A stretch of 63,660 nucleotides of DNA, counting the filler, from Phoronis australis (taxonomy: Eukaryota > Animalia > Phoronida): NCBI GenBank assembly GCA_002633005.1. It is 8 parts of 8 records of this genome, joined end to end, with 100 filler letters (N's around TTAATTAATTAA, not from the genome) between each part and the next. Parts side by side here need not be neighbours in the genome. Positions count along the whole stretch, not along the records: positions 3,512 to 26,230 come from NMRA01001208.1; 7 more parts are not named here. One strand, given 5' to 3'. The notes below the pieces were generated by a model that searched no databases, was not told where the DNA came from, and saw only the letters and a program-made list of their open reading frames with translations. Of this stretch, positions 11,901-25,937 are shown piece after piece. Positions within the stretch are counted from its first letter, which is position 1. Each line of letters opens with the position of its first letter. The position numbers were made by a program, and so were the translations under genes.

Positions 11901-12846
11901 GCACAGGATTGAATGAGTTTTGTATTTTCTTATCTCATCAATGAAATTTGAAAACCTTGAGCTACGGCTGAAACTAACTAAGATATACAAAGACCGAAAT
12001 TTACATCAATACGTTCGCATAAAATGACCCCGATTGGCCGACATGAACGTACATGTATAGGTATGTTAAAAAGGCGCTCGGCTAAAAAGTCAAAAATACT
12101 GGGAAAACAAACCACCAACCTTTTCCGTGTTTAGTAGGTTCCTTTTCGCTCTCCTGGCAACTGTTTGTACCGTCTCTACAGAAGCATGTACATTCTTTGT
12201 TGACGAAGCCGCCGTCACGACACCGAATATTGGTTGGACAATGGACTGTCAATTACATGTACATGTATCAACTTTAAGGCCAAACTTTTTCAAGCATACC
12301 GCAACCGCGGTTCTTGAACTGATTAATCCCTAAAACTGCGAAAATCCAATTAGCGATTGCTTCTATCAGACAGTCTGAAAGACACTTTCAGTTTGAAAGA
12401 AAGATATATCAGACGTGGCAAGCAGTGTGTTGTTTACAATGCACAAAGGTTTATCCCCATTGGATAATACAAAATGGCGTTTGTTTGCAGCGATGAGTTG
12501 ACTGCACTGAAGAAACATCCGAAAAATATGACCATTTTGTATTGTGTATTCTAATTCAACGTTAGTTCTAAAACAATTATTTCTCGACACGTCATGCTAT
12601 CACAAGAAGATCAATTTGTTCCTAATGTAACTCAAACCACATCAAATTTGCAAAAAAATTCTCTCAAAATTAAAGAAAAAGTTAGTCAGAATAAATTTTT
12701 TATAACATAGTCAACAATTTAGGCCAGAGACCGTAGACAGGGAGACAAATCTTCCAGGTGAAATCCCATTGGACTGTCGGACACTGTTGTTTCATGGACG
12801 GTGGTGACATCTAGCAGAAGTGTGCAATAAGCAAATATGGCAGGAT

Positions 12847-12980
12847 ATGACGGCTCCGGTAAAAAAAAGCAACGGTTCTTACTGTATTGCTTACGGCTGC
12901 AGCAAAAGTAAATTGAAAGGTCGTAACTTACGCTTGTTTGCTTCCCCAATAATTAAAATAGATGATGTTCGCGATTGAAA
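12847..12980 (+). pseudogene. THAP zinc-finger N-terminal remnant, probably the 5' end of a DNA transposon
   Basis: MTAPVKKSNGSYCIAYGCSKSKLKGRNLRLFASP resembles the THAP start C-x-A-x-G-C...L-F-x-F-P; decays into stops afterwards. Confidence 0.55.
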
Positions 12981-15900
12981 CAATGTTTTTGCGTGAAGTG
13001 GACGATTTGAACTTGTCTTTAGTGTTCCCTGGATTTGATCTCTTATATGGTTTGCCTGATTTTGGTACTTTCTGATTAGTTTATTATATGGTCTTTGTCC
13101 TTACCACTTTCTCTCATTTCTTTTTAAAGTCTTAATACACTCAGATCTTAACGGATTACTATTATTATTTATTTACTAAGTTTATTAATGTTATACTGTA
13201 GTTTTATATGTTTGTTTTTTAAAATTAAAATTATGCTTTATGATAGATTTATCATTGATACCAAATCATTGTTTTTAATACATTTGCTAGGTGCAGTAGT
13301 AGCCTGTTTTGTTGTTCCTGATTAAAAATCATTGAATGGAACTGTTTACTTTTTATAATTATAATGATTATAATTTGGACACTACTAAAGCATTTTTCTG
13401 CATCCACAATATTTGCCTTGACGGTCAATTATTTTTCAAAGCGACAAGACAGGTTCTGACGAAACTTCACGGTATTTAAATTTATGGCTGGGATACGCCA
13501 GCACCACTTACTTTTTAGACTGATTTAAGTCTCACACTATCCCGTTTTCAATAAAATAATTCTTGTCTAAACGGTGTTTAACGAAACAGCACAAGGAGAA
13601 TCATGGCGTAGATGCATCGCTTTTTGTGCAATCTTGACTGCACTTCGAAGTGCTAAATTTTTATTTTACATCATGATATGTCCTTCAGTGCATAATAAAT
13701 ATTAACTCTATGGTTTGGTAACCTGCTGAATAATGTGCCAAAGGAGGTGTTGAAGGAATTGTTCTTTTAAAGGCAACTTGAGCCCTACATCGGTGGATAT
13801 TTCGGAAAGGTGTGTATTACCTTGCAAACCACGTTACACTCAATGACAATGTGCTTTGTTAAGGCTTTTGTTGTCATTAAATAAAGGTTTTTAAATGTTA
13901 TTTACTTTAAAGTTGGCCAATAGCGGAGTTGCAACCGAATCGATTTAACGATTGCGCATGTCTGGAAATTAGTGTGCGCAAAGGCTATTGGGATTGATAA
14001 GGGTAAATGGAATGGCCGATTGGTTTGCATGACGTGTGATTTGTGTGCATTAAATTACGCTGCTGTATGCAATTCTGCCGCTATTCGCCCTAATAAGCGC
14101 CCATGCCCCAACAAGTGCCCCAACGCGTTTTCAGACTTTGCTAAAGTAAGCGCCCAGCCCATGAACTACATGCGAAAAGTGCCCTAGTTACCTACAGTTC
14201 TAAGGTCTCCAATTTATCAATTGAAAGATCCGACAGTCCTGAATTTGTAGACCACGAGGCTCACCGTTATGTCCGTATACACTTCAAACTTACGCCGCGA
14301 TTCAAAAGGAACGCAGAAGTTTTGCCTCTCTTGCGAGGGATGTGCCCCACTACGCGGGTGTGGACTTTGAAAAGAGATGCAGCGTACTTGTCAGCGGCCT
14401 TGCATTGTTTCTTTCCGGTACAGATCTTTTCGGCCTCAACAGGAATCCAAACTTCTTTGTATACGTGAAAACCGTGTTGAAGACAAATAAAAACTCGACC
14501 AGTGTAAGCACGCGGCCAAGAAGCGCACGTTGCTTAATGTACCGGCTGTCATCGAAGACATTTAATCGGGAACTATCTATTCATGAAACGGGTTACAAAG
14601 CATCGGCAAATAAACATTGGCACTAATTTCCGAAAGTTTCTAATACTGTAAAAAACTTTTGCATTTTTGAGAGAAATTATTTAGCTAATCGTAATTGGTG
14701 TTTTTAAGGTCAAAATGACCCACTTCGCACCCTTACACCCCAAATCTTCCGGAAAATAGCTGTTACACTACGGTCACGCATCCACTCACCCGGCGACTCA
14801 ATGAGTGACATATCGGTCTTACCGAAAAAAATCTCGAACGTTTTTTTAGCAGATGAGGCCAGCAAGTGCTAGGCTAAATATTAAAACACGCTCTGCTTGA
14901 CTGGTTGACTTAATTTCTTTGGATACAATGCACACCTATATCATTACATTACTCTGGCAAATGAACTCTGATGACAAGCACACGCACGTTTACTCTCACA
15001 CACACGCATACAAACTTCAAAACAAACGTCACGTGACAACAACATGTGTGTTCCTCCAGAGACATGTTTATCGTGTTGCGGGTTACAATCTAGCGCAGAT
15101 TTGGACTTAATCTGCAGTTAATCCAGACTCCACAAGAACTTAAAAATCTTAGAGACGCTATTTGGAAAACTTGAGGAGATTTCGAAGCTGTATTCTTATT
15201 CAAGAATTCAAGCCCTATCGACGATTGCGAGACCGGCAGCTACGCATTTGTCGGCAAGATTTCGCCCTGGGACTTCCAACACATTTTTATGAAAAATGAA
15301 CGTAATTTAACAATGAATTTTGATAGCAATGCACCACAATTTTGTAGAAAGTAAATAATAATATTCTGCACGCTTTATCCTAGCGCGTAATACATATATT
15401 GAGCGTACCTTAAGTGTGTTGACCCAGAACAGGTGATTGTGCAGAGGCATTATCCTCAAAATTGCTCATGTTGGCTTGGTTCTGGTCAAGCGAAAACAAG
15501 TTTTTTTTTCACTACCAACCGCCGTAGAGTACTTTGATACTGTTTCTTTGAAGGGAGATAATGTTGGGCAGTTTCCAAGATACGCTTTCTTGCCGACCTC
15601 AAAATGAGCGCTACCAAGTCGGAAAGAATTCACGAAGTCAGCCTTTGCTACCAGCTCTACTTATGTCTCTGACCCATGTTTAACGCAGTTCGTGATCCTT
15701 GGGAAACAGGTAGTAACTAAATTTTTTATCTTACTAACTGGTATTATAGCAAACCAGGCACACAAAACGTATAACCTCCCTGTGGCCGGTTCGCCCCCAC
15801 GCTTGCCGACGTACTTGTTTACCGGCTTAACCACAATGCAACATTCTGACCCATTTCCAATATGGCGGCGTTGCAACTCCGCTATTTTACCTGGCGACGT

Positions 15901-17329
15901 AAGCCGAGTATGCCTAAACTAACTGCTGATAGTTGTTTTAATAAAATGGAAATACCACAATTAAAAATTTGGCTGTGTTTTCAATAGTCATGGGGTGTAT
16001 ACAAGGCCGGTTTACTAGGTTGCAGGCACGAACTCCATCACTTTCCGGTCTTCAACCCCTTACCCCTGTTCCCCCCAGTTTCAATCACAACCCACCCAAA
16101 TTCACTACCCATTTGAGATCTCATCAGGCACGGATGCTACGGGTCCGGTGTACGGTTGGATGAAACAATCCCATATAGTAACTCCACCATGCTCCTAAAT
16201 CTACTGCGTATTTGTGAATTTTCTATGTTGAATGTTCGATATTATTGAAAATTAGTAGGGAACAAAGAGGTCTTGTCCCCCTTTTTCACTAAGTGATATC
16301 AAGTCTATAATTTTAACATTGTTGACTTAGACCGCCCTTGGGTGTTGTTGCGTGTGGATTTTCGAAACGTGGGCCCGTGTTTGGAAGGTGTAAGATGGCA
16401 GTTTTTGGACATTGGCGTAAGAAATTTTTGATGCTTGGGAGAGGAGAGTTTGTAATTTTTCAATTTTATTTTAAAGAAAAGTTTGTGTGTTAAAAGCATT
16501 AACAATTAATTTTATATTCTTATGTAAGTAGTCTGTTATTTGCTCCCAGGACCATAACATGTCAGAGTACAAAAGTTTGAAATGTTCTATAAGCAAATTT
16601 TGCTAAGCACAATTAGATTTTAAGATTAAACACCCTACATGCTTTCTTTAATTCATATTTAGGGTACATATAACCCATTCTTTATTATTTTTTCCTTCAA
16701 AAAACGTTTCTTCCATTTTACTAACAAGGACTTATACAGCAAAGCTCCTCATTTCCCAACAAATTACAGCAATATCTCTTCTAACTCTTGGGGGTTCATT
16801 TTGCAATATGAGTCCATGGATAATATTATTTATCTCCATTCGTTTGTTAGGAGGCATACCTAATGCATTCATATTTTTTTAATTTATTTTTTACATAGCA
16901 AAGGTTTTGATCATATCAATTCTTCCAAGTAAGGAAATATTGCTGCTTTTCCATATAACTCATGTTTTTTGAAATTTTTTACGGGGAATGTTTTTCCTTA
17001 TTGTGTACCAAATTGTAAAGCGTTTTACCATAAGTACAAAGCCTTTCTTCTGAAAGGAAAATTTAATGTCACTTAGTGAGAAAGGACAGGTATATATACC
17101 AGAAGCTTTTGGTTTTCATGTCAATGGGATCTAGTCTCAATGGCTTGTAGAATTGCTTTTAAAATGGTCCAGTTTCGACACGTGAGTTTCCTTCATCTAA
17201 CCTCATTCAGCCTCAGTAACACCCACAATAAGATCATTGAAGGTAAACGCAACAGCACATCACTTGACTTGATTTGTGCCCAAAATCTGACCCTGAACTA
17301 GACCAGAGTGCTAATAGGTCTTCTTTAGC

Positions 17330-19192
17330 TTCAGTTCCTCATGCTTCTTCCAGGTAAGGAAATAAGCCATTGTTGTCCACACATAACTCCTTGCCTATAG
17401 CAGGGCATCTTCACCAACAAGGCTGGCTGGGGCAGCAGTCAGATGAAGTTTCCTCTTCACATCCAAACAATCCACTGGCAAATTTCATATGGTAACTTAG
17501 TACTGCGTAACATATTTCTTTAGGACCACTGGCTTGTACAGTGTGCCATGCAGCACTGCTGGTGTGTGGGAATGCTGTGGGAAGAGAACAATGTTACAAA
17601 GCTAGCCTACATGGCGGCTTGAAATGGCCTTAAAATGTCACTGAACTTGGAACGAATATTGAAACATGAAAAATTAAGTACTTCAGGCTGGGTCAATAAT
17701 GTTTCTCCCGTTTCTCAAAAATATGATATGGTTACAGCTCTACAATTTCACACAAAATTCAATAATTACTATTTCCAGAAAGCAAGTGTGTATATACTAA
17801 GTATTGTATAAAACTGTGTCCTTATTTTTCATTCCTAGCCATAACAGTGCTTCAAACGCATCACGTATATCTCCAAAATATGCAAGTTATTTGAGACAGC
17901 TTCAAATCTTTGTCATCCATTTTCAAGCTTTTTAATTTTTGATATTTTCAGCAATTTTAACACCGATTACAGATTCATGGGTCTGTCAAACACACTTCTG
18001 GTATAAGGCTGAGGGAACCGTTTCTCAGTTTTTTCCTTTTTCTTCTAATACAAGATATGAACACTTGGGTCATTTAAAAATGATGTATAATCTGTGTTGT
18101 TTAAAAGTAATTAAAAAATCTCAAGGCACCATTGCTTACGAATTGGCAGTTGCTCACAACCAAAAGGCAATTTTCACAAGAAATGGCAGTCATATGAATC
18201 TATAAACGACTCGCTACATTTCAAGGCATGAGCTAAGGCTGTCCAATCATTAAGAATTAAGAAAATATAATGTATTTTCATGGGCTTAAAATGAATAGCA
18301 AAACAGTTTCATGAAACTTGAAAGAAGTTCATGAAAGTTAAGAATTACCTTACCATACTCAGTCCCCCCTGGACACTATCCCCTGTTATTTTCACACATT
18401 CAGTTTCACCAAATTTTACAAACCCTTCCCGCTATGCCAACCTCCCGCTAAGGATCTGAATAAGTGAATTAAAACAACTAACAAAAATAGTTGTCCTCTT
18501 TCAAAGGCTTTGTTCTTTGTCTCCGATATAGAAAGTAAGCTTTGACAACTGATCTGCACTGGATGGGAAGATCTTGCTGGTTAGCTGCAGTCACTGCTTA
18601 AAACCAATGTTCGTGCATTCAGGTACGCGGTTGCAGCAGAAGCGCTGCATATCTCCTCTGCACGGTGCTAGCTCTCAAACCTAAAAACAAACGTCAGGTG
18701 AAAACGGACATGATGTATTTCCATGTCAATGTGTAAAAGAAGTCCAGAAGACATCGGGTAGGGAATAAACAAATAATAAAATGGATATTTCTCGCGTACC
18801 CTTTGGGCTTGGATTATATAATCTCACCCTACTAACCAATATCAAGCTGACAGCATAAGCATTCAGCATTGACTGATGTAACTGTCACTGATAAACCTGT
18901 TATAGATTATTATAAACATTAGTAATACTGCTTTGATGTACGAAAAGATTCCTAGTGCTACGTCAATTATCGTAACACATCACAACAAATAACGTTAACG
19001 TTTGACCCGACTGGCGACTGCTGCGCAGTCGAGATCGGCCAGTACCTCTGAAAACTGTCATCAGTATTGCAAACATGTAATAATCGTTAAATTAATCACA
19101 AACCTTACCTTTTTATAAGGTCATGCTTGCTTCCTCTTGTAGAAGCACCCTTTTCACACAGTCTCAGATTTGGTTGGCAAGGCTGCAACCAT
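17330..19192 (-). pseudogene. Possible decayed spliced SAP + SWIM-like gene (accessory ORF type of ISL2EU/Kolobok elements)
   Basis: Exon-like pieces: ..LCEKGASTRGSKHDLIKR| (SAP-like, donor near 19108); acceptor at about 18681 then ..QAFERGQLF; acceptor at about 17575 then VLH..CT..ASG..C.AVL...SQPCW. Several stops and frameshifts. Confidence 0.3.
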
Positions 19193-19508
19193 TTCGCTAT
19201 GTATTCAAAGGGCTACCGAAATCAGGCTGCTTAATCTATCGCCACTAGTACAAGCGCCCGCTAGTAATGTTGAGATTGTCAAATAGCCGTATTGTAGTGG
19301 CGGCTTTAGTAGTCTGCACCAGTTTTGTAGTGATAAGACGTTCGCCTGCACGTATGTGGTCACGTGATCTGCTATTTCACGTACAATCCTAAGGCGGAAC
19401 TCCAGCTGGTCGCATGCTACGATCTAAGCAGCCTACCGCTCCGAGACGTTCGTCAGATGTCCCCACGCAGGTTGACATAACCCAAATCAGCCTTTCGCTG
19501 GTCCCCTA

Positions 19509-21916
19509 CAGTGGCGGATCTACGGGGGTTCAGGGGGTTTAAACCCCCACCTCGGGCCAGGACCCAAAAATTTAAAAAACAAAACAAAAGCGTATCCTGC
19601 AAAACAAAAACGGCACCGCCAGCGTGTGAAAGCCCCAAGTAAACCAACTTGGAAAAAATTGGGTGATGCTTCACTTTGAAAATATAGTTTTTTGCATTGT
19701 GAATTGCTGAGTCTTATTGGCTCATCGGCAAAACGCGCGGGGATTAATTGTGCGCGCGCTTCCGTCGACACTTCTGAAGTAGCCAAGCATTTTAGATGGA
19801 TTCACCGCTGAAAGAGTAGTTCTATAGCTGATTTCTTTTGGTAACTAGCTTCTTTAGTCTAAGATATATTTTGATTTGATTAGGGGAAATACTGCGGTAC
19901 CGCAACCCTGATATTCAGGCGAATTGACGTGCAACGTTTTTACCTCATCCGTCATGCCGTGTCGTTCTATTACACTCCACACGTTTGTAACTGATGTATA
20001 GTAAAATTGTCTTGCACGATATCATACAGTGTACATGTACATGTAATATTCTGTACATGTACACGTAATATTTTTGAAAACAATTCTTTTCCGAAGAATT
20101 GCTGTGGTGGCGGGCGCCGTTGTTTGGTCGCGAGTCCGTTTGAAGACACACTCTGTAACAAGTTATGTCTATACAAGGAATGACCAAGGGGGGCACTCAC
20201 ATTGAGAAATTGACCGCATTCGCGAAAAGTGTACAGTACCAGAAATTGCAGGGAAGCTGTTCTTTCACAACAAAGTCTTGCGGGACTCTTGCGATGTTCA
20301 ACAGGCCTCCTAAGGAGCCCTAGTTCCGACCTCAACGCCTACCGTCTGTCTACCTGCAATAAGCACACTGCCGTCTTCTATTGTGGGAAATTTCGCACAA
20401 AGGCTCACCCGATGAAACGCTCATGCCCATGGGCAATTAATGATATTAGTACTTCGGGTTTCAAGCGTTCAGACATTGGGACGTTTATTTCGAAAATTGC
20501 AAGAGATGCAAATAGGTCCTGGGATGCTTCGTCAAGATTTGAAGTAGTCCATGATGAACGGATCAAATTTAGTTGCGCATGTAAGTCGTTTGAATGGACT
20601 TGGCAACCTCAAGGGTCTTAGCGTCAACTGAGCTGCGAAACGAGATGCTGACATTGTATAGGCTTACAACCTCATTGACACAGCAGTTGACGAAGTGCAA
20701 GCGTTGGGAACAAACATTGAAGATATCTGGGTAGAATAGTTCCAAGACGAGCAAATCATTGGATCCGATATACAAATTCCTCGGCAGTCTAGACAACACA
20801 AGGATAGGACTAACAAACGAGAAACCACTGGGGATTAAAATTTCAGAGAGAAGTCTTCAATTCAATTTTTTTTTGCATAGTACACTTTAGATCTTGCGAC
20901 GGACCAGGCCAGCTTGATTTGTGTAAATGTTGAGTTTCAGTGTACTTCTGGTCCCTCGGCGAACTAGTTTTGTGATTTTTTTTTTTACCAAAGTCTGCTT
21001 TGTAAAACTATTTAATCTCAGCCAGTACTGTTTGGTCCCGCGACAATCGACTATTTTTACAGGGATAATAAGTACAGGTGTACTCTTGGTCTCGTGATGG
21101 ACCAGGTCATCTTTTTGTGTACTCTCAATGTACATCTGGTCCCTCTGCAAACTATACTGTAGTCCAGAGTATCTTTTCACCATTGTGCACAGGATGTTTT
21201 GGTTTCGTGAAACTGTTTTCAGATGATTTGTTTCTTGATAGATTTGTCGTTTTTTAATTGTTGTCAACGTGATTCAGCTTAATAAAGTTATACCTAATTA
21301 TATATTGTCGCTTTTAATAATAGACTATGAGTTGAGAACACCATCGTTCGCCAGTTTTTCTCGTAACGAAACAGAACACATGTTTATTTCCGGACTAACA
21401 GTACAGGTCTTCGTTCTTAAACTTGAGGCTGCTGTTACGCGATCATCTGATATTCAAGTTTTTACGCCACGTCGGTGCTCCTTAATTATGCTCTTGAATA
21501 TTTGGAAATTGTCTAAACCCCTGTATACATACGTACACACCACACTTTTTCGTATACGACTTTTCGTATGCTAAAACACGTGTGTGTAAGCAGATGTTTC
21601 AACAAAAATTTTTGCTGGTGGCGTGACTCATACCCAGATGTGCACATTGGTTTCACGAAACTTAAAAACCAAGTTCATCTGACGAAATCGAGAAGGGTTT
21701 TTTAATTATCTTAAGAAAAACTCCAGACACATGTTAAGTGCCAGAAACTTACCAGGATGCATGGAAATTTCACTATTTGGCTACGAAACAAAAAATATCT
21801 TACATTGGAGGGGAAACCCCACTGCCGACCTCCCCCCGCTCGGCGCCACGAGCCTAGGATTCGACCTTGGCGGGAATCCTAAACCACCCCTTGCTGAAAA
21901 CGTAGATCCGCCACTT
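19509..21916 (+). mobile_element. Internally deleted hAT DNA transposon with TIRs and THAP12/PRKRIR-like transposase remnants
   Basis: TIRs CAGTGGCGGATCTACG and CGTAGATCCGCCACTT; flanks share CCCTAC (degenerate TSD); about 20500-20800 reads SWDASSR...LKGLSV...DIV.AYNLID...IPRQSRQH with stops. Confidence 0.75.
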
Positions 21917-22646
21917 GGCCCTACGTGCCTAGTCGCAAAAGGTACCCGCTCATTTAAAACCTTTACGGAAAACAGATGGCGCTGGATGCAATAATGCTTT
22001 ACTAACAGGCAGCGCTGCTTACAGTCATTTGACATTCTTGTGTGAACTGAATCTTGACCCAGCACCTTGACCTATATTCTACAGCTGCTGACGTCACATC
22101 GCTATTGTGACAACGTGACACGATGAGCTCAGTGCGTCACTCTTTGTTTATACTGTCAGCTGTTATTAATCATGGCCACCAACATGTTCATAGTGCATGG
22201 TTCAGTTCGTTAAATAGACACTATATAAGTTGAAACCACTCTCTTTTGCCTTAGTGTTGATAGAACATAAAACATACGGACGTTTCTACTTATGAACCAT
22301 CAGCTGCCGTGCCGTGCCTCGGCCAGTCCGGTCTGCTGGGCTCAGTGTTGTTGGCTAACGAGGAAAGTTAAGTGATACCTGCGTGCTGGCTACTGACCAC
22401 CTAGCGGCACGGAGGCAACTATCGAGACTCAGCCTCTCACGCCATCATTAATTTGAGAAAGGCCTAAGACTGAATGTCCAAAACGTTAAATAGGTGCGTA
22501 AAACGTTGACTGTGTACAAAGAACTTCATTCCACTTATGATATATCCAGTCAAATGAAACTCTTTCATTGATGGGGCTACATGTAGTCTATCAACAAAAG
22601 GTGTTCCGCAAATTATCACGTACAAGTTAATTTTTTTTCAGGAAAC

Positions 22647-22647
22647 T

Positions 22648-22686
<39 letters not shown>

Positions 22687-22706
22687 GTGTGAGTGTGAGT
22701 GTGAGT
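22647..22706. repeat. (TG)n microsatellite
   Basis: Direct observation. Confidence 0.95.
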
Positions 22707-23645
22707 ATGCACATGGATTTCAACCAAATACATAATCTCGCCAAAATGACGACGCGATCGTGTTGCCTGGTACCGATTTTTCCTGCTGTATTAGTTGTAT
22801 TTTGATCGAAGATATTGATGAAACTTAGATATTCATCACACGCCATAGGCAACTTGTCGGCCATCTTGTGTTAAAGAGCCAAGCCAGTGATACGTGACCG
22901 TCATTCAGTCGCATTTGAGTCAGCTCGCCTTGTTCAACAAAAATGTCCTACAAATACTTAGCAATGTTCAGTAGGTCTGCTACCGATCTAACAGAAGAAC
23001 GATTTCTACGAGGTTTCACAATAAGAAAACAAGTCGTATGCTAAAAAAAACACAATGTCCCATTTAGCTGTGAATAAACAGACAAAGTAAGAATTTGCAA
23101 TTTCAACAGAGTACTTGATGGATCCGTGGGCCAAAAACTTTTCAGATTTTGTCGGATTTTGTTTAGACAGAATTAAAATGGGTTCCATTTTAAATGAAAA
23201 TGGATATTTAGACGTGGTGCAATGCGTTGAAGCCACTCTAGGGTGTCGAAGTGTGCCACTTTGTTTGGATAACTAAAATACCGTATCAAACATACCAAGC
23301 TGGTGGACTCACCGTTACACTTATACATCATATTGACGAGTTGCACGTCTTTGAACTGTAATTCGCGATTTGCTTGCTGTATCAGCTTATCGTTTTCCTT
23401 ATTTACTGCACGGATTGTCCAATTTCCGTCTATGGAGAATGCCTAATCGAATTGATAGAAATTGTCATAATGACTTCGCAGTAGATGAGTTTGGAAATAT
23501 TTATCTGAAATACATGATTTGTTTGAAAAAACATAAAATGATGCATTTCCCAAGTTTTTGAATGTTTTGTTTCCGTTATTGAAAGCCCACACTAAAAACC
23601 ATAATTGCAATGGCAAAGATAACGCCAACAATAACAATGAACATA

Positions 23646-23647
<2 letters not shown>

Positions 23648-23693
<46 letters not shown>
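23648..23693. repeat. (CTG)n trinucleotide microsatellite
   Basis: About 15 units with one TTG interruption; gives spurious poly-L and poly-S ORFs. Confidence 0.95.
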
Positions 23694-24679
23694 CCATGAT
23701 GAAACGCATCAGGCATAGGGTCTTTATGACGTCCCGCAAAACAGCAAATAAGTAATCAAATCAACAGGGTATCAAAATTTAGTAGGCTCTAGTGTTGATT
23801 AAAGCCCTGTCTGAACATTCCAATTTGCCACAAAACTTTCTAATCGTCTGTGCTGGTAGGTATTCTAGTCGACATTTCAAGTAAAAAACTTAATGCAACT
23901 GGTCGATTGAAATGGATCATGCCATTGCTTAAAACGACTCGAGAGAAGTGCGACGTAAACATATTCACTTTTTACGCCTCATCAGACGGTCTCTTGTCAT
24001 GAATGTCTTTAAACAGAACGGCAAGTTGCCAATGGTCTGTGGGTGTGTACATGTACCTTCAGTCCATTAAAACTGTTGAACCGGTTCCAATTCACTTACA
24101 AGTTAGTGATATGCTGAATCCAGGTTCTTTGTTATTATAGTTTTATTTCCTGTGTCAGGAATTTGTCAAAACTTTAGCCTGCAGTGTTCACTAGCAGTAC
24201 CGAAACGTTCTTTTCGTAAATGTTTTACTCCAAACTGTGCTCAGGACGTCTTTTAATGTTTCTGTTGTAGTAATTTACAAGTAATGAGAGCCAAAACACA
24301 CAACCGCAGGCTAAGCCAAACTATTTCAAAAAACAAAATGTTCTGCGTGGAAACTTGAAAGCCAATACTTGAGAGTCTTCGTGGAATAAACCAAGACGGC
24401 TGAGACTTTAAAATTTCAGTCAGATTCCATCGTTTATGTGCCCAGTATCACGATCACAATGATCGAGGATAAACACACCGTAGTTCCTAAAGCGTATGAC
24501 GCATCATCTCGTACATCTAAGTTACGAAGTTCCGCTAATTACATGTACACGTACATGTATGTCTAAATGAATAAATGACACTGCGTTAATCATTTGCTAC
24601 TTAATATCTTAGATGGTAGTACTGGAACTATTCACTGTCTAAGAGATTTATCTCGACGGGAAATGTCTTATAGACTTAC

Positions 24680-24886
24680 CTTACTACCATAGTGCATTAT
24701 GCTCTTGTAGTCATATTCAAGCCCGAATGTATTTGCGTAATAGGGGTCATTCTTTCTGAAGTCGCTATTGTTTTTGCCAGACTCCAGTGACTTCCAGTTA
24801 ATCCGTATGTACTTATCTCGGTCAGGACGATTATGCTCATGGTACAACCCGATAGCGTGTCCAATTTCGTGCAGGTAAACCCGTAC
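24680..24886 (-). CDS. Astacin (peptidase M12A) exon with zinc-binding motif and Met-turn
   Basis: 207 nt, CAG/GTAAG; HEIGHAIGLYHEHNRPDRD fits HExxHxxGxxHExxRxDRD, and YDYKSIMHY is the Met-turn. Confidence 0.92.
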
Positions 24887-25185
24887 CTGAAATGGCATTG
24901 GAGTCGAGTTCCTGACAAGGTTATTGATGCATTCTTGTGGTTTGCAGCAATGCTTAGTCGAAATATTCTCATGATTTGTTCACGTAAGTTTTCGAACTTT
25001 TGAAACCATATGTATCGATTTCCTCTCAATCGCTGTCAGCCCTGACGACAACCTTTTTAAACATGTTTTCGGTTTTATGTTAAATTTGCTCAGACTGCAT
25101 TGCACAAACCTCCACTGAGATTACCATAATGTACAGCAGATTAACAACTGATAGGGTTTTAGTCTACATTCATGCTGATACTTAC

Positions 25186-25382
25186 AGAACTACATCCGGG
25201 ACTCATCAAGTTAACATTTTGCTTCCCAATTTTTGCGAAACCCAACCATGAGCTACATCCTGCGTAACCAGTGCGAAATTGCAAGAAGTGTTCGTCTGCT
25301 TCTGTGGCTTCTTTAAACTTGAGACAAGTAAAATGCTCCCACTGCGTCATCGCTATTCTTAATAAATTGAGCTCCTTCGAAC
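25186..25382 (-). CDS. Astacin exon (AMTQWEHFTCLKFKE...GCSSWLG...QNVNLMSPGCSS)
   Basis: 197 nt, CAG/GTAAG, joins in phase 0 to the HExxH exon; typical W...TC..F, GC.S..G and GC motifs. Confidence 0.9.
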
Positions 25383-25937
25383 CTGAAAAGGATATTGCAC
25401 CAAAAGTTCGAATGACTATTGTATAAGTCACCATTACTTGTCCGAATAGTCAGCAACATGTAAAACTGACATGCATCTTAATGATAGATGGCGCCGCTGT
25501 TTGTTTACATGGAGACAGTGGACACGACTATCAGCCGAATCTGCCTTACAAGTTTTTCTCTCTTCGATGTGAGAGCCACTGGCATAGGAAGGGAGGCACT
25601 TAAAGGGTTTATGTTACCCTGTACAGATCAACATAGTTAAGATGCCGCCGGGTGCCTGCCAAAGGGGGCGGGGGGTGATAAACAGGTGTCGTTCAGGGGG
25701 GCACCATCCATCTGTTTACTGGGGCTTACGCAGCTAACAACCTGAGATAGGGGCGCCACATATTGAGGTGTCGACGGGGTGAAGGAAATGCTCGCTACGC
25801 CACTGTACTGACTACTGTCATTTCAACTCAATTACAAACTACGGTAAAATATATAGTACATGCATATGGTGAGAACTAGGAAAGCAAAGTTGGGTCATAT
25901 TAACTCCAACTGTGACACTTGATCTTGTGGCTCTTAA

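Noticed and set aside
15110-15715. Protein-like frames (QELKNLRDAIWKT*GDFEAVFLF...; DNVGQFPRYAFLP...)
   Set aside because: They contain stops and I recognise no family or consistent splice structure.
16300-17060. Possible L1/Tx1 LINE 3' relic on the minus strand
   Set aside because: Composition is suggestive, but motifs are too decayed to support a call without a search.
23443-23755. Poly-Ser and poly-Leu ORFs
   Set aside because: Produced by the (CTG)n microsatellite; no splice or homology support.
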